Origin: Nitrosomonas europaea
GTDB lineage: Bacteria; Pseudomonadota; Gammaproteobacteria; Burkholderiales; Nitrosomonadaceae
Length of the DNA: 32,000 nucleotides
Assembly: GCF_900167395.1 (NCBI RefSeq)
Contig: NZ_FUWK01000010.1
Coordinates: forward strand, 30,001 to 62,000
Direction of reading: 5' to 3'
The notes beneath the pieces are model-generated. The model had not been told where the DNA came from, did no database searches, and saw only the letters and a program-made list of their open reading frames with translations. This document shows, piece after piece, positions 7,204-17,653 of the stretch. A program made the translations under genes and the position numbers. Position 1 is the first letter of the stretch; every line of letters begins with the position of its first letter.

Positions 7204-9396
7204 ATGTACAAAACATACGCAATATGGATAGGGGTCGTCTTGTTTGTCTGCAAAGATGTCATTGCACAACCAGATGCAACCGGCCAGGAATATTCGGGGG
7301 ATATACCAAAGGTAACGATGAAGGAAATCACTGTCAGCAGTGAAGCCCTTGCCATTCCCAACGAACGATTGCTGCTGGACACGCCCACGACTACCGGCAG
7401 CCGTCTTGGACTGACGCCGCGTGAAACCCCCGCCTCCATCAATATCATCGATCGCGCTACCTTTGAGTTACGCGGCGCGCAAACGACTCAGCAAATCCTG
7501 GAGCGTTCTCCCGGGGTAACCGTCTCCGATCAGCCTGGTGCTGCCGGCACCGTTTGTATGCGCGGCTTCTGCGGTGCTCAGATCACCCAGCTATTCAACG
7601 GGATTACCGTGCAGTATGACGCAGTGGCCGCTCGCCCGATCGATAACTGGATTACCGAACGCGTGGAGGTCCTGGGCGGGCCATCGAGCTTTCTCTATGG
7701 CCAGGGAGCCGTGGGAGGATCGGTCAATTACATCAGCCGGACTGCCAATCGTGATCAGCAGGGTCATGAATCACTCGTTCTGCTTGGTTCCTGGCTGAAT
7801 CGACGTGCGGCCTATGGTTACAACGGCCGTATCGGTGATACGAATAACTGGCTGCAAATACATGCGGGCTATAAGGGCTCAAACGGTTACATCGACAAGA
7901 CCCGACATAATTCCGGTGTTTTTTCATTTTCTCTGTTGAGCGATCTGACCAGCCGGATTTCCAACACGGTGGCAGTCGAATATCAGATAGAGGCGCGTGA
8001 AGGGTACTGGGGAACGCCGATACTGAACCCTGTTACAGCAGGAAAATATGATCCGGAAACCCGTTTCAGAAACTATAACGCTGAAAATTCTGTTTTCGAT
8101 CAGCAGGTCATTTGGGTGCGGGATATTGTGGATTTCCGCCTGAGTGAGGCAACGCAAGTTCGAAATACTTTTTATTGGTATGACGCCTACCGCAAGTACA
8201 GGAATGTGGAGGTATATCGCTGGAATGGCGATAACACGCTCATCAACCGTTCTGCCTCTTTTGCAGTGGACCATAAACAAAATCTGATCGGTAACCGCCT
8301 GGAACTTTCCCATCAGCAGAACTTATTCGGCCTCCCGGCCAGGTGGCTGGCGGGAACTGATATTGCGTTCAATGACCAGACTCGCTTCCCAAGTACGGAA
8401 AGTGGGTTGGCCGTCGATACGATAGACCCTTACAATTTTACCGTTGGCGATTATTTTGATAACCCTCGTGCCAGCGGCCCGATCAAGGATCGTCGCAACA
8501 AGTTGTTTACGGTTGCCGGTTACGCTGAAAACCGGTTGACGCTGTTCCCCGGCTTCAACCTTGTGAGCGGGATCCGGATCGATAGTATCCAACTGGATTC
8601 CAGATATTTTAGCCCGGCAACGGCCACTGAACCTGCTGCTTTTTCACGCAACTGGACACCGGTTACCTGGCGGGCAGGTTTTGTCTACGATGTCACGGAC
8701 AGTTTCAATTTTTATACCCAATACAGTACGGCTGCTTCTCCTCCGGCAGGTGTTCTGACCACTACCAACCTTAACAGTATCCGCGATTTCGGCCTGAGTA
8801 CGGGTAGACAAATCGAAGGTGGAATGAAATTCGATTTCTGGGGAAAGCGCGGAACCGCAACGATTGCCGGCTATTATCTGCAACGCAAGCATCTATCGAC
8901 GAGAGATCCCGATAATCCGATCAATGCCATACCGATCGGTGCACAATCTTCACGCGGTGTGGAGGTCAATCTTGGTGTCCGTTTATCTCCGCAATGGAGC
9001 TTCCAGGGCAATATGGCTTTTGTCGATGCGCGTTACGACGATTTCAACGAACTGGTGAGTGGTGTCAGTGTTTCCCGTAAAGGGAACCGGCCGGAAAACG
9101 TTGCGAAATGGGTCGCCAATACCTGGCTGACCTGGGACTTTCATCCGGATTTCCAGTGGATGCTGGCGACACGATACGTGGGTGATCGTTATGCCAATGC
9201 TGCGAATACAGTACCGGTCAAGTCTCATGTTCGCCTGGATACACAACTTGCCTGGCAGGCGCATCGCAACGCGAGAATCATCGGCCGGATCATGAATTTG
9301 ACCGATACCGATTACATCGAATGGGCAACCTCCGCGCCCATGTACCTGATTGGTGCACCCAGGAGCTATGAGGTGGCAGTGAAACTCGACTTCTGA
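7204..9396 (+). CDS. TonB-dependent siderophore receptor
   Basis: Signal peptide MYKTYAIWIGVVLFVCKDVIAQP. Plug-domain motifs RETPASINIIDRATFELRGAQTTQQILERSPGVTV and RGF...NGI. A long beta-barrel with alternating patterns. Terminal aromatic residue (...SYEVAVKLDF). Confidence 0.9.
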   Translation: MYKTYAIWIGVVLFVCKDVIAQPDATGQEYSGDIPKVTMKEITVSSEALAIPNERLLLDTPTTTGSRLGLTPRETPASINIIDRATFELRGAQTTQQILERSPGVTVSDQPGAAGTVCMRGFCGAQITQLFNGITVQYDAVAARPIDNWITERVEVLGGPSSFLYGQGAVGGSVNYISRTANRDQQGHESLVLLGSWLNRRAAYGYNGRIGDTNNWLQIHAGYKGSNGYIDKTRHNSGVFSFSLLSDLTSRISNTVAVEYQIEAREGYWGTPILNPVTAGKYDPETRFRNYNAENSVFDQQVIWVRDIVDFRLSEATQVRNTFYWYDAYRKYRNVEVYRWNGDNTLINRSASFAVDHKQNLIGNRLELSHQQNLFGLPARWLAGTDIAFNDQTRFPSTESGLAVDTIDPYNFTVGDYFDNPRASGPIKDRRNKLFTVAGYAENRLTLFPGFNLVSGIRIDSIQLDSRYFSPATATEPAAFSRNWTPVTWRAGFVYDVTDSFNFYTQYSTAASPPAGVLTTTNLNSIRDFGLSTGRQIEGGMKFDFWGKRGTATIAGYYLQRKHLSTRDPDNPINAIPIGAQSSRGVEVNLGVRLSPQWSFQGNMAFVDARYDDFNELVSGVSVSRKGNRPENVAKWVANTWLTWDFHPDFQWMLATRYVGDRYANAANTVPVKSHVRLDTQLAWQAHRNARIIGRIMNLTDTDYIEWATSAPMYLIGAPRSYEVAVKLDF

Positions 9397-9600
9397 TCGG
9401 AAACCGGGAGGTGTGCCGGACAAATCGGGTCGACTTGAGCGCTTGATTCTTACCGTATTTTTATTTGTGCACTCGGACTGATCATCGTGCTGTTGCCAGT
9501 AACCGGCATCATCATCTGGATCAGGAAACAGGCAGCCCGCCTCAGTATGCCCGCTCGCCACCCGGTTACCCGGAAAATACTCGATCCGCAAAATATCTGA
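9397..9600 (+). pseudogene. Remnant of the C-terminus of a PepSY-associated TM (PiuB-like) protein
   Basis: Reading the frame after the receptor stop gives SETGRCAGQIGST*ALDSYRIFICALGLIIVLLPVTGIIIWIRKQAARLSMPARHPVTRKILDPQNI*. The segment RIFICALGLIIVLLPVTGIIIWIRK resembles the last TM helix of PepSY-TM proteins (G..r.l..l.gl....l.vTG...W.rr). There is no start codon, there is an in-frame TGA at 9436-9438, and only about 65 codons remain. Confidence 0.4.
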
Positions 9601-9760
9601 AAACCGACAGATTCCATGCAGGCAGCCAGGAGTAACTTCCAGCGCCCGAATGAAAAGGAATCCGGTTTAGGAAAATGTTATACACTCTTTACCCTGCACG
9701 ACACAGTATCCGTATTTCATAAAAAACGGGTGTGTAATAAATCTTAAATAAATTAATAGT

Positions 9761-10033
9761 ATGGTTAGAAGTGTGAAATGCATCAGACTTGGGTGTGAGG
9801 CAGAAGGGCTGGATTTTCCTCCTTATCCGGGAGAGCTGGGAAAACGGATTTTTGATAATGTTTCCAAGGAGGCTTGGAGCCAGTGGATCAAACACCAGAC
9901 TATGCTGGTCAACGAAATGCGGCTGAATCTGGCGGATATCAAGGCACGCAAGTACCTTGCCAGCCAGATGGAAGCCTATTTCTTTGGTGAAGGTGCCGAC
10001 CAGCCGGCAGGCTATATTCCTCCTGATAAATAA
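9761..10033 (+). CDS. yggX: Fe(2+)-trafficking / oxidative-damage protection protein YggX
   Basis: 90 aa. [44 protein letters not shown] closely tracks E. coli YggX ([30 protein letters not shown]...QTMLINE). Confidence 0.9.
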   Translation: MVRSVKCIRLGCEAEGLDFPPYPGELGKRIFDNVSKEAWSQWIKHQTMLVNEMRLNLADIKARKYLASQMEAYFFGEGADQPAGYIPPDK

Positions 10034-10085
10034 ATCAAGCCGGATCATCGGGCGATAGTGATCAGTTCTCCGTATTCCAGCAATT

Positions 10086-12227
10086 TTGAGCAGTGATTTT
10101 GTGATAAATAATGAACCAGAGATGGCACCGGTAGCCAAGCCGGAGATGCCCGCTGCCAAACAGTTTCTGAACCGTGAACTTAGTCAGATCGAATTCAATC
10201 GCCGGGTATTGGCGCAGGCAGAGAATGAGGAAACACCTCTGCTGGAACGCCTGCGTTTCATTTGTATCGTCAGCAGTAACCTCGATGAATTTTTTGAAGT
10301 TCGTGTTGCCGGGCTGAAAGAACAAATCAAGCTGGATGCACCTGGTTCCGGTGCGGATGGCATGGCGCCTGGCCAGGCATTCGAACGGGTATCCGAGCAG
10401 GTGCGTGAACTGGTCTCCCGGCAATATCAGTTGCTCAATGACAATATTCTTCCCGCACTGGTGGAACAGGGTATTTGTTTCCTGCGGCGCGATTCCTGGA
10501 ATGATGGCCAGCGCGAATGGATCAGGGATTTCTTCTTTCGCGAGCTGATGCCGATGCTTACCCCCATCGGTTTGGATCCTTTCCATCCTTTCCCGCGTAT
10601 ATTGAATAAAAGCCTGAATTTCGCGGTTGCATTGGAAGGAAAAGATGCTTTTGGCCGTAATTCAGGTGTTGCAATCGTTCAGGCGCCGCGTATTTTGCCT
10701 CGTGTCATACGGCTGCCAAAAGAAATCAGTGGCAGCCCCTATAGTTTCGTATTCCTGTCATCCATTATCCATGCTCATGTGGGTGAACTTTTTACGGGTA
10801 TGCGGGTGGTGGGCTGTTACCAGTTTCGTGTCACCCGTAACAGTGATTTGTTCGTTGATGAAGAGGAAATAAAGAATCTTCGTATTGCATTGCAGGGTGA
10901 ATTGTCGCAACGTCATCTGGGGAATGCGGTCAGGCTCGAGGTGGCAGATAGTTGCTCGCAACAGATGGTTGAATTTTTGCTGGGGCAGTTTTCTCTTGGG
11001 AACGAAGATCTGTTTCAGGTGAACGGGCCAGTCAATCTGGTGCGGCTGATACAGGTTTTTGATCTGATCGATCGACCTGACCTCAAATTTCCACGTTTCA
11101 TTCCCGGTCTGCCTTTTTTTTCTCAGAAAAAGAAAGCACATAACATTTTCGAGCTGATCAGTAAGGGTGACATATTACTGCATCATCCCTACCAGTCGTT
11201 CCAGCCGGTCATTGAATTCATTCAGCAGGCTTATGCAGATCCGGATGTGATTGCTGTCAAGCAGACTGTTTATCGCACCGGTTCGGATTCAACGCTGATG
11301 GAAGCGCTCGTGGCAGCGGCCAGGCTGGGCAAGGAAGTTACGGTAGTGGTAGAGTTGCTGGCCCGGTTCGATGAAGAAGCCAATATCAACTGGGCGAAAC
11401 GGCTGGAAGAGGTGGGTGCCCACGTCATTTATGGTGTGTTTGGTCACAAGACGCATTGCAAAATGGCCATGATAGTACGGCGTGAGGCGGGGCAGTTGAA
11501 ACGTTACGTCCATCTGGGTACAGGTAATTACCACCCTGGCACAGCCCGTGTTTACACGGATTTTGGCTTGCTGACCTGCCATGAGGAAATTTGTACCGAT
11601 GTCAGTGAAGTATTTTTGCAACTGACCGGGTTGGGCAAAGCGAGCAAGCTGAAGCATCTCTGGCAATCACCATTCAGTCTGCATGGGCAGATACTGAACA
11701 GCATTCAACAGGAGATAAAGCATGCCAACGCGGGAGAACCTGCTGCCATCATCGCTAAAATGAATGCATTACTGGAGCCGTCTGTCATTCAGGCACTTTA
11801 TGCGGCTTCCGGTGCAGGCGTAAAAATTGATCTGATTGTGCGAGGTGCCTGCGCACTGCGCCCCGGTGTGCCGGGATTATCAGAGAATATTCGTGTGCGC
11901 TCCATCGTCGGGCGCTTTCTGGAACATACCCGCATTTTCTATTTTCTCAATGCAAAGCAGCATAACGTCTATCTGGCAAGTGCTGACTGGATGTACCGGA
12001 ATTTTTTTCGTCGGGTGGAGATTTGTTTTCCGGTACTCGATCCGCGGTTGAAGAAGCGGGTAATCCTGGAGGGGCTGAAGCCCTATCTCCGTGATAACGT
12101 ACAGGCATGGGAGATGAATGGTGACGGCCACTACAAACGAAAATCTGCAAGGAAGAACAACAGATTCAGTGCGCAGGAAGTTTTACTCGAGAAACTTGCA
12201 GCAGTAAAACAGGACGCTGTCGAATAA
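10086..12227 (+). CDS. ppk: Polyphosphate kinase 1
   Basis: Typical PPK1 N-terminus (FLNRELSQIEFNRRVLAQAENEETPLLERLRFICIVSSNLDEFFEVRVAGL). Two PLD-like C-terminal domains (HCKMAMIVRRE, GTGNYH, VGRFLEHTRIFYF). The listed start is TTG. The in-frame ATG at 10122 (MAPVAKPEM) is a likely alternative. Confidence 0.93.
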   Translation: MSSDFVINNEPEMAPVAKPEMPAAKQFLNRELSQIEFNRRVLAQAENEETPLLERLRFICIVSSNLDEFFEVRVAGLKEQIKLDAPGSGADGMAPGQAFERVSEQVRELVSRQYQLLNDNILPALVEQGICFLRRDSWNDGQREWIRDFFFRELMPMLTPIGLDPFHPFPRILNKSLNFAVALEGKDAFGRNSGVAIVQAPRILPRVIRLPKEISGSPYSFVFLSSIIHAHVGELFTGMRVVGCYQFRVTRNSDLFVDEEEIKNLRIALQGELSQRHLGNAVRLEVADSCSQQMVEFLLGQFSLGNEDLFQVNGPVNLVRLIQVFDLIDRPDLKFPRFIPGLPFFSQKKKAHNIFELISKGDILLHHPYQSFQPVIEFIQQAYADPDVIAVKQTVYRTGSDSTLMEALVAAARLGKEVTVVVELLARFDEEANINWAKRLEEVGAHVIYGVFGHKTHCKMAMIVRREAGQLKRYVHLGTGNYHPGTARVYTDFGLLTCHEEICTDVSEVFLQLTGLGKASKLKHLWQSPFSLHGQILNSIQQEIKHANAGEPAAIIAKMNALLEPSVIQALYAASGAGVKIDLIVRGACALRPGVPGLSENIRVRSIVGRFLEHTRIFYFLNAKQHNVYLASADWMYRNFFRRVEICFPVLDPRLKKRVILEGLKPYLRDNVQAWEMNGDGHYKRKSARKNNRFSAQEVLLEKLAAVKQDAVE

Positions 12228-12252
12228 CTGTAATGAAATCAGGCAAAAAATA

Positions 12253-12294
12253 CCCCGCAGTCCGGTTTGATTGCTTTTCCGGAAGTCTGCGGGG
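12253..12294 (-). terminator. Intrinsic terminator between convergent ppk and fba
   Basis: CCCCGCAG ... CTGCGGGG forms an 8-bp perfect outer stem, with extra CCGG/CCGG pairing inside. On the minus strand it is followed by TATTTTTTG, a classic terminator tail for fba. The hairpin could also serve ppk. Confidence 0.6.
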
Positions 12295-12315
12295 GTGTGG
12301 GAAGATTTTCTTGGA

Positions 12316-13380
12316 TTACTTGATGATGGCTTTCAGTTCACCACGCAGATAACGGTTTGCCATGGTTTCCAGTGAGATGGGTTTGATCTTGCCAGCCTGA
12401 CCAGCGGACCCAAAAGCTTCGAAACGGGCTTTACAGATATCCTTGGCAGCTGCAGTAGCATCTTTCAGAAATTTGCGCGGATCGAACTCACTTTTGTTTT
12501 TCGCCAGATGGCGCCGGATTGCTCCCGTCATTGCCAGACGGATATCCGTATCGATATTGACTTTACGCACACCATATTTGATACCCTGCTGGATTTCCTC
12601 TACCGGCACTCCATAGGTTTCTTTCATATCTCCGCCATATTCACGGATGATTTCCAGCCATTCCTGAGGAACGGAGCTGGATCCATGCATGACCAGATGG
12701 GTATTGGGGATACGCTCATGAATTTCCTTGACTCGCTGGATAGCGAGGATATCACCTGTGGGTTTGCGGGTGAATTTATACGCACCGTGGGAGGTCCCGA
12801 TTGCAATTGCCAATGCATCCACACCAGTTTGCTTGACGAAATCGGCTGCCTGCTCGGGGTCAGTCAGTAACTGATCGTGTGACAGCTGCCCTTCGGCACC
12901 ATGACCGTCTTCAGCTTCACCCTGACCTGATTCCAGCGATCCCAGGCAGCCCAGCTCACCTTCCACGGAAACACCTACGGCATGTGCCATTGCAACTACT
13001 TTGGAAGTGACATCGACGTTATATTCGTATGATGAAGGAGTTTTTCCATCTTCTTCCAGCGATCCATCCATCATTACACTGGAAAAGCCGCTGCGAATAG
13101 CGTTGATGCATACAGCAGGTGAAGCACCGTGGTCCTGATGCATTACCACGGGAATATGCGGATAGGCTTCGACCGCAGCAGCAATCAGATGACGCAGGAA
13201 TGCTTCTCCAGCGTACTTGCGCGCACCAGCTGAACCCTGCATGATCACCGGGCTGTCGCATTCATCAGCGGCCTGCATGATCGCATGGATCTGCTCCAGG
13301 TTATTGACGTTGAAAGCCGGGAGTCCATACCCATTTTCAGCTGCATGATCCAGTAACTGGCGTAAAGATACGAGTGCCAT
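12316..13380 (-). CDS. fba: Class II fructose-1,6-bisphosphate aldolase (Calvin-cycle / CbbA-like subtype)
   Basis: 354 aa. [30 protein letters not shown]..., [37 protein letters not shown] good SD (AAAGGAGAC) lies upstream. Confidence 0.93.
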   Translation of the reverse strand: MALVSLRQLLDHAAENGYGLPAFNVNNLEQIHAIMQAADECDSPVIMQGSAGARKYAGEAFLRHLIAAAVEAYPHIPVVMHQDHGASPAVCINAIRSGFSSVMMDGSLEEDGKTPSSYEYNVDVTSKVVAMAHAVGVSVEGELGCLGSLESGQGEAEDGHGAEGQLSHDQLLTDPEQAADFVKQTGVDALAIAIGTSHGAYKFTRKPTGDILAIQRVKEIHERIPNTHLVMHGSSSVPQEWLEIIREYGGDMKETYGVPVEEIQQGIKYGVRKVNIDTDIRLAMTGAIRRHLAKNKSEFDPRKFLKDATAAAKDICKARFEAFGSAGQAGKIKPISLETMANRYLRGELKAIIK

Positions 13381-13578
13381 TGAAGTCTCCTTTAAATAAA
13401 ATTAATGTATTGATTTCCTGACGAAACTAGAGCTTTATATTTCCTGAAATAAAATCATTCAGCAGCAGGTGGCAGTAAAAATAATGAATGGTACGCCTGA
13501 ATCAAAATTATAAACCTGCTGATTATAAATTACTTTCATCACCAGTCTGGCACTGCCTGGCAGTGATATGTTTACTTT

Positions 13579-15069
13579 TTACAGATTCTGCGGATCAGAA
13601 AAGGGTTGTTGCGCCACTTCTCTTACTGCTTGTGCAGCTTTCTTGGAACTGCCTACTTTGATGATCTTCATGGTGTTCGTCCCGCCAGCTTTGCCAACCG
13701 GTTCACCGATCGTCATGATTATCAGATCTTCGTCGCGTACCGCACCACGCTTGAGTAACTCGTCTTCAGCCATGCCTAGGATGATTTCGGGATCACACAG
13801 TCCTTGTCCGAATTCTATGGGATAAACGCCTCGGAAAAGGGTGACTTTACCCAGGGTATCTTCTTGCGGGCTGAGTGCAAAGATGGGTGCTTTCGAACTT
13901 CTGCGTGACATGAACAACGCTGTTACACCACTTTGTGTCAATGCTGCAATTGCCTGGATATTGAGTGAACCGGCTGCGTACATGGTAGCGCGCGCAATGG
14001 CATCTTCAATACTGATTGACTGTGTATCGGGGGAACGGCGTGCTCTCAAACTGGGTGTATATTCCTTTTCTGCTTCGAGACAAACTCTGGCCATGGCTTC
14101 GACGGCTTCAACCGGGTATTGCCCTGCGGCCGACTCAGCGGACAGCATGACTGCATCGGTACCATCCAGTACGGCATTGGCAACATCTGATACTTCTGCG
14201 CGTGTCGGAATAGGGTTGGAAATCATGGATTCCATCATTTGCGTAGCGGTAATTACCAGCTTATTTGCTTCACGTGCAGATCGTATCATGCGTTTTTGCA
14301 AGGCGGGAACAGCGGCATCTCCTACTTCGACTGCCAGATCTCCACGGGCCACCATGATGGCATCAGACGCTTCCAGAATATCATCCAGTGCCAGAATGGC
14401 TTCTGAGCGCTCGATTTTTGCCATGAGCAAACTATGCCCCTGAGCTTCCTGCATCAGTGCGCGCGCGCGTCTGATATCGTCACCGGAGCGAGGGAAGGAT
14501 ACTGCGAGATAATCTGCTCGAATGACTGCGGAAGTCTTGATATCCAGTAAATCTTTCGCAGTGAGTGCAGGTGCGCTCAACCCTCCGCCTTTCCGGTTAA
14601 TACCTTTATTGTTGGAAAGAATCCCGCCCTGCAACACTTCACAAAAGATTTCACTTTCTCTGACTTTGGCCACCGTCAGAACGATACGTCCATCATCCAA
14701 TAAGAGCGTGGCGCCTGCTTCGACATCATTAGGAAGTTCCCGATAATCCAGTCCGACCCGTTCCTGGTTTCCCAGCTGGCATTCTGCATCGAGTATGAAT
14801 TCATCCCCGGTTTTGAGTCGAATTTTTCCCTGTTCAAACTTACCGATACGAATTTTTGGCCCCTGTAAATCAGCCAGTACACCGACTGTACGGCCAAGCG
14901 AGCGGGCGAGCGAACGAACCAGTTCTACGGAAGCGATGTGCTCATCTTTTGTTCCGTGTGAGAAATTGATACGGATAACATCGACACCAGCTTCGAGCAT
15001 TCGCCCCAGAACTTCAGCATTACTGGAAGCCGGTCCTAACGTTGCTACAATTTTTGTTCTTCGCATCAT
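13579..15069 (-). CDS. pyk: Pyruvate kinase
   Basis: RRTKIVATLGPAS, INFSHG, DLQGPKIR, MVARGDLAVE, and a C-terminal regulatory domain. 496 aa. Confidence 0.93.
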   Translation of the reverse strand: MMRRTKIVATLGPASSNAEVLGRMLEAGVDVIRINFSHGTKDEHIASVELVRSLARSLGRTVGVLADLQGPKIRIGKFEQGKIRLKTGDEFILDAECQLGNQERVGLDYRELPNDVEAGATLLLDDGRIVLTVAKVRESEIFCEVLQGGILSNNKGINRKGGGLSAPALTAKDLLDIKTSAVIRADYLAVSFPRSGDDIRRARALMQEAQGHSLLMAKIERSEAILALDDILEASDAIMVARGDLAVEVGDAAVPALQKRMIRSAREANKLVITATQMMESMISNPIPTRAEVSDVANAVLDGTDAVMLSAESAAGQYPVEAVEAMARVCLEAEKEYTPSLRARRSPDTQSISIEDAIARATMYAAGSLNIQAIAALTQSGVTALFMSRRSSKAPIFALSPQEDTLGKVTLFRGVYPIEFGQGLCDPEIILGMAEDELLKRGAVRDEDLIIMTIGEPVGKAGGTNTMKIIKVGSSKKAAQAVREVAQQPFSDPQNL

Positions 15070-15103
15070 TTCTGGAATTTCCGGAAGAAAATCTTCTCAG
15101 ACC

Positions 15104-16282
15104 TCACTTCGCACGTAATTCCAGAATCTCGACAGCAGGTAATTTCTTCCCTTCCAGAAACTCCAGGAATGCTCCTCCGGCAGTGGATATATAGGAAACT
15201 TTATCGTAGATGTCGTACTTTTGGATGGCAGCGATTGTGTCACCGCCCCCCGCCAGGGTGAAGGCATCCGTTTCAGCAATTGCCTTGGCTATGGCGCGTG
15301 TTCCTTCTCCAAATTGATCGAATTCGAATACACCGACCGGGCCATTCCAGACTACCGTACCGGCTTTCATGATGATGTCGACCAATTCTTGAGCACTCTC
15401 AGGCCCGATATCAAAGATCATGTCGTCATCAGAAACAGCGTTGGCTGCTTTTAGAACAGCAGCTTCATCTTCAGCGAATTTCTTTCCGACGACGACATCT
15501 ACTGCGATGGGAATCGTTGCATTACGCTTGTTCATTTTATCCATCAGGGATTTTGCAACGGGTACCAGTTCATCCTCGCACAGGGATTTTCCAATGTTGT
15601 TCCCTGCGGCCTTGAGAAAAGTGTTGGCAATTCCCCCGCCGACTACGAGCTGATCAACTTTTTCAGCAAGCGATTCCAGCACGGTCAGTTTGGTGGAAAC
15701 TTTTGATCCGCCTACGATTGCCACCAGCGGATGTGCTGGCTGATGCAGGGCTTTTGTCAGCGCATCGAGTTCTTCGGTAAGCAAAATACCTGCACAGGCA
15801 ATCGGTGCATATTTGGCGATACCATGTGTCGAAGCTTCTGCACGGTGTGCTGTACCAAAAGCATCCATGACGAATACATCACACAAACTGGCATATTTCT
15901 TGGCGGTTTCTTCGAGGTTCTTTTTTTCACCTTTATTGATCCGACAATTTTCCAGGACTACCAACTCTCCAGATGCAACTTCAAATCCACCCTCTACCCA
16001 GTCTTTGATCAACCGGACAGGCTTTCCCAGTCTCCGGGCAATATCATCGGCAACCGGCTGGAGAGAATTTTCTTCTGTCCATACCCCTTCTTCCGGCCGT
16101 CCAAGATGAGAGGTCACCATGACTTTTGCGCCTTGTTTCAGGCAGTGGTTGATCGTTGCCATCGAGGCAGTAATGCGCGCATCTGATGTCACTTTCCCGT
16201 CTTTTACAGGAACATTCAAATCAGCGCGGATAAAGACGCGTTTGTTCTTCAGATCAAGATCGACAAGTTTAATAACGGACAC
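15104..16282 (-). CDS. pgk: Phosphoglycerate kinase
   Basis: [60 protein letters not shown]. It lies 34 bp upstream of pyk on the same strand. Confidence 0.95.
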   Translation of the reverse strand: MSVIKLVDLDLKNKRVFIRADLNVPVKDGKVTSDARITASMATINHCLKQGAKVMVTSHLGRPEEGVWTEENSLQPVADDIARRLGKPVRLIKDWVEGGFEVASGELVVLENCRINKGEKKNLEETAKKYASLCDVFVMDAFGTAHRAEASTHGIAKYAPIACAGILLTEELDALTKALHQPAHPLVAIVGGSKVSTKLTVLESLAEKVDQLVVGGGIANTFLKAAGNNIGKSLCEDELVPVAKSLMDKMNKRNATIPIAVDVVVGKKFAEDEAAVLKAANAVSDDDMIFDIGPESAQELVDIIMKAGTVVWNGPVGVFEFDQFGEGTRAIAKAIAETDAFTLAGGGDTIAAIQKYDIYDKVSYISTAGGAFLEFLEGKKLPAVEILELRAK

Positions 16283-16534
16283 GTTGACTCCAAGTTAGCC
16301 GGGTTACGGGTTTCAAAAATGTGAGAGAAAGAAATTCTTCTGATCGCTTGGTTAAAAATTGCGGGCATGGTCTCCACACCAGAACGAGCGACCATCACAA
16401 ATGTTTTTACAGATATGTTTTTACGGATTAGTGAACATTCATATCCTTCCAGGCTTTCTGCACAGTACAAAGATATTTCCGATATAGAAGCAATAATGCT
16501 GTAACTGGCACAAGGACAATTACAGCATGGCCAT

Positions 16535-16562
16535 CGAACAACCATGAAAACAGGGTTGTTCG
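16535..16562 (-). terminator. 9-bp stem hairpin just downstream of gap (possible attenuator or processing structure)
   Basis: CGAACAACC-10 nt-GGTTGTTCG, read directly. It sits 27 nt after the gap stop, inside the 306-bp gap-pgk spacer. No T-run follows on the minus strand, so it is not a canonical intrinsic terminator. Confidence 0.3.
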
Positions 16563-16588
16563 GTTTATGAGAAGAAAAATTTCTTCGG

Positions 16589-17608
<1,020 letters not shown>

Positions 17609-17653
17609 TTAATAAAAAATCTGTTTTACGAGTAAAAACGAATTTTGTTTACC

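Noticed and set aside
8983-9591. 202-aa minus-strand ORF spanning the receptor 3' end and the following spacer
   Set aside because: It overlaps the TonB-dependent receptor in antisense, and the plus-strand reading of the spacer gives a better explanation (PepSY-TM remnant). The same reasoning rejects the antisense ORFs 22518-23072, 10062-10586, 13841-14443 and 6064-6589.
16249-16545. 98-aa minus-strand ORF with a Cys-rich N-terminus (WPCCNCPC) in the gap-pgk spacer
   Set aside because: Its ATG lies inside the 16535-16562 hairpin arm and no SD is visible. It runs out of frame into the pgk start and has no recognisable motifs. It is more likely non-coding spacer, but ribosome profiling could revisit it.
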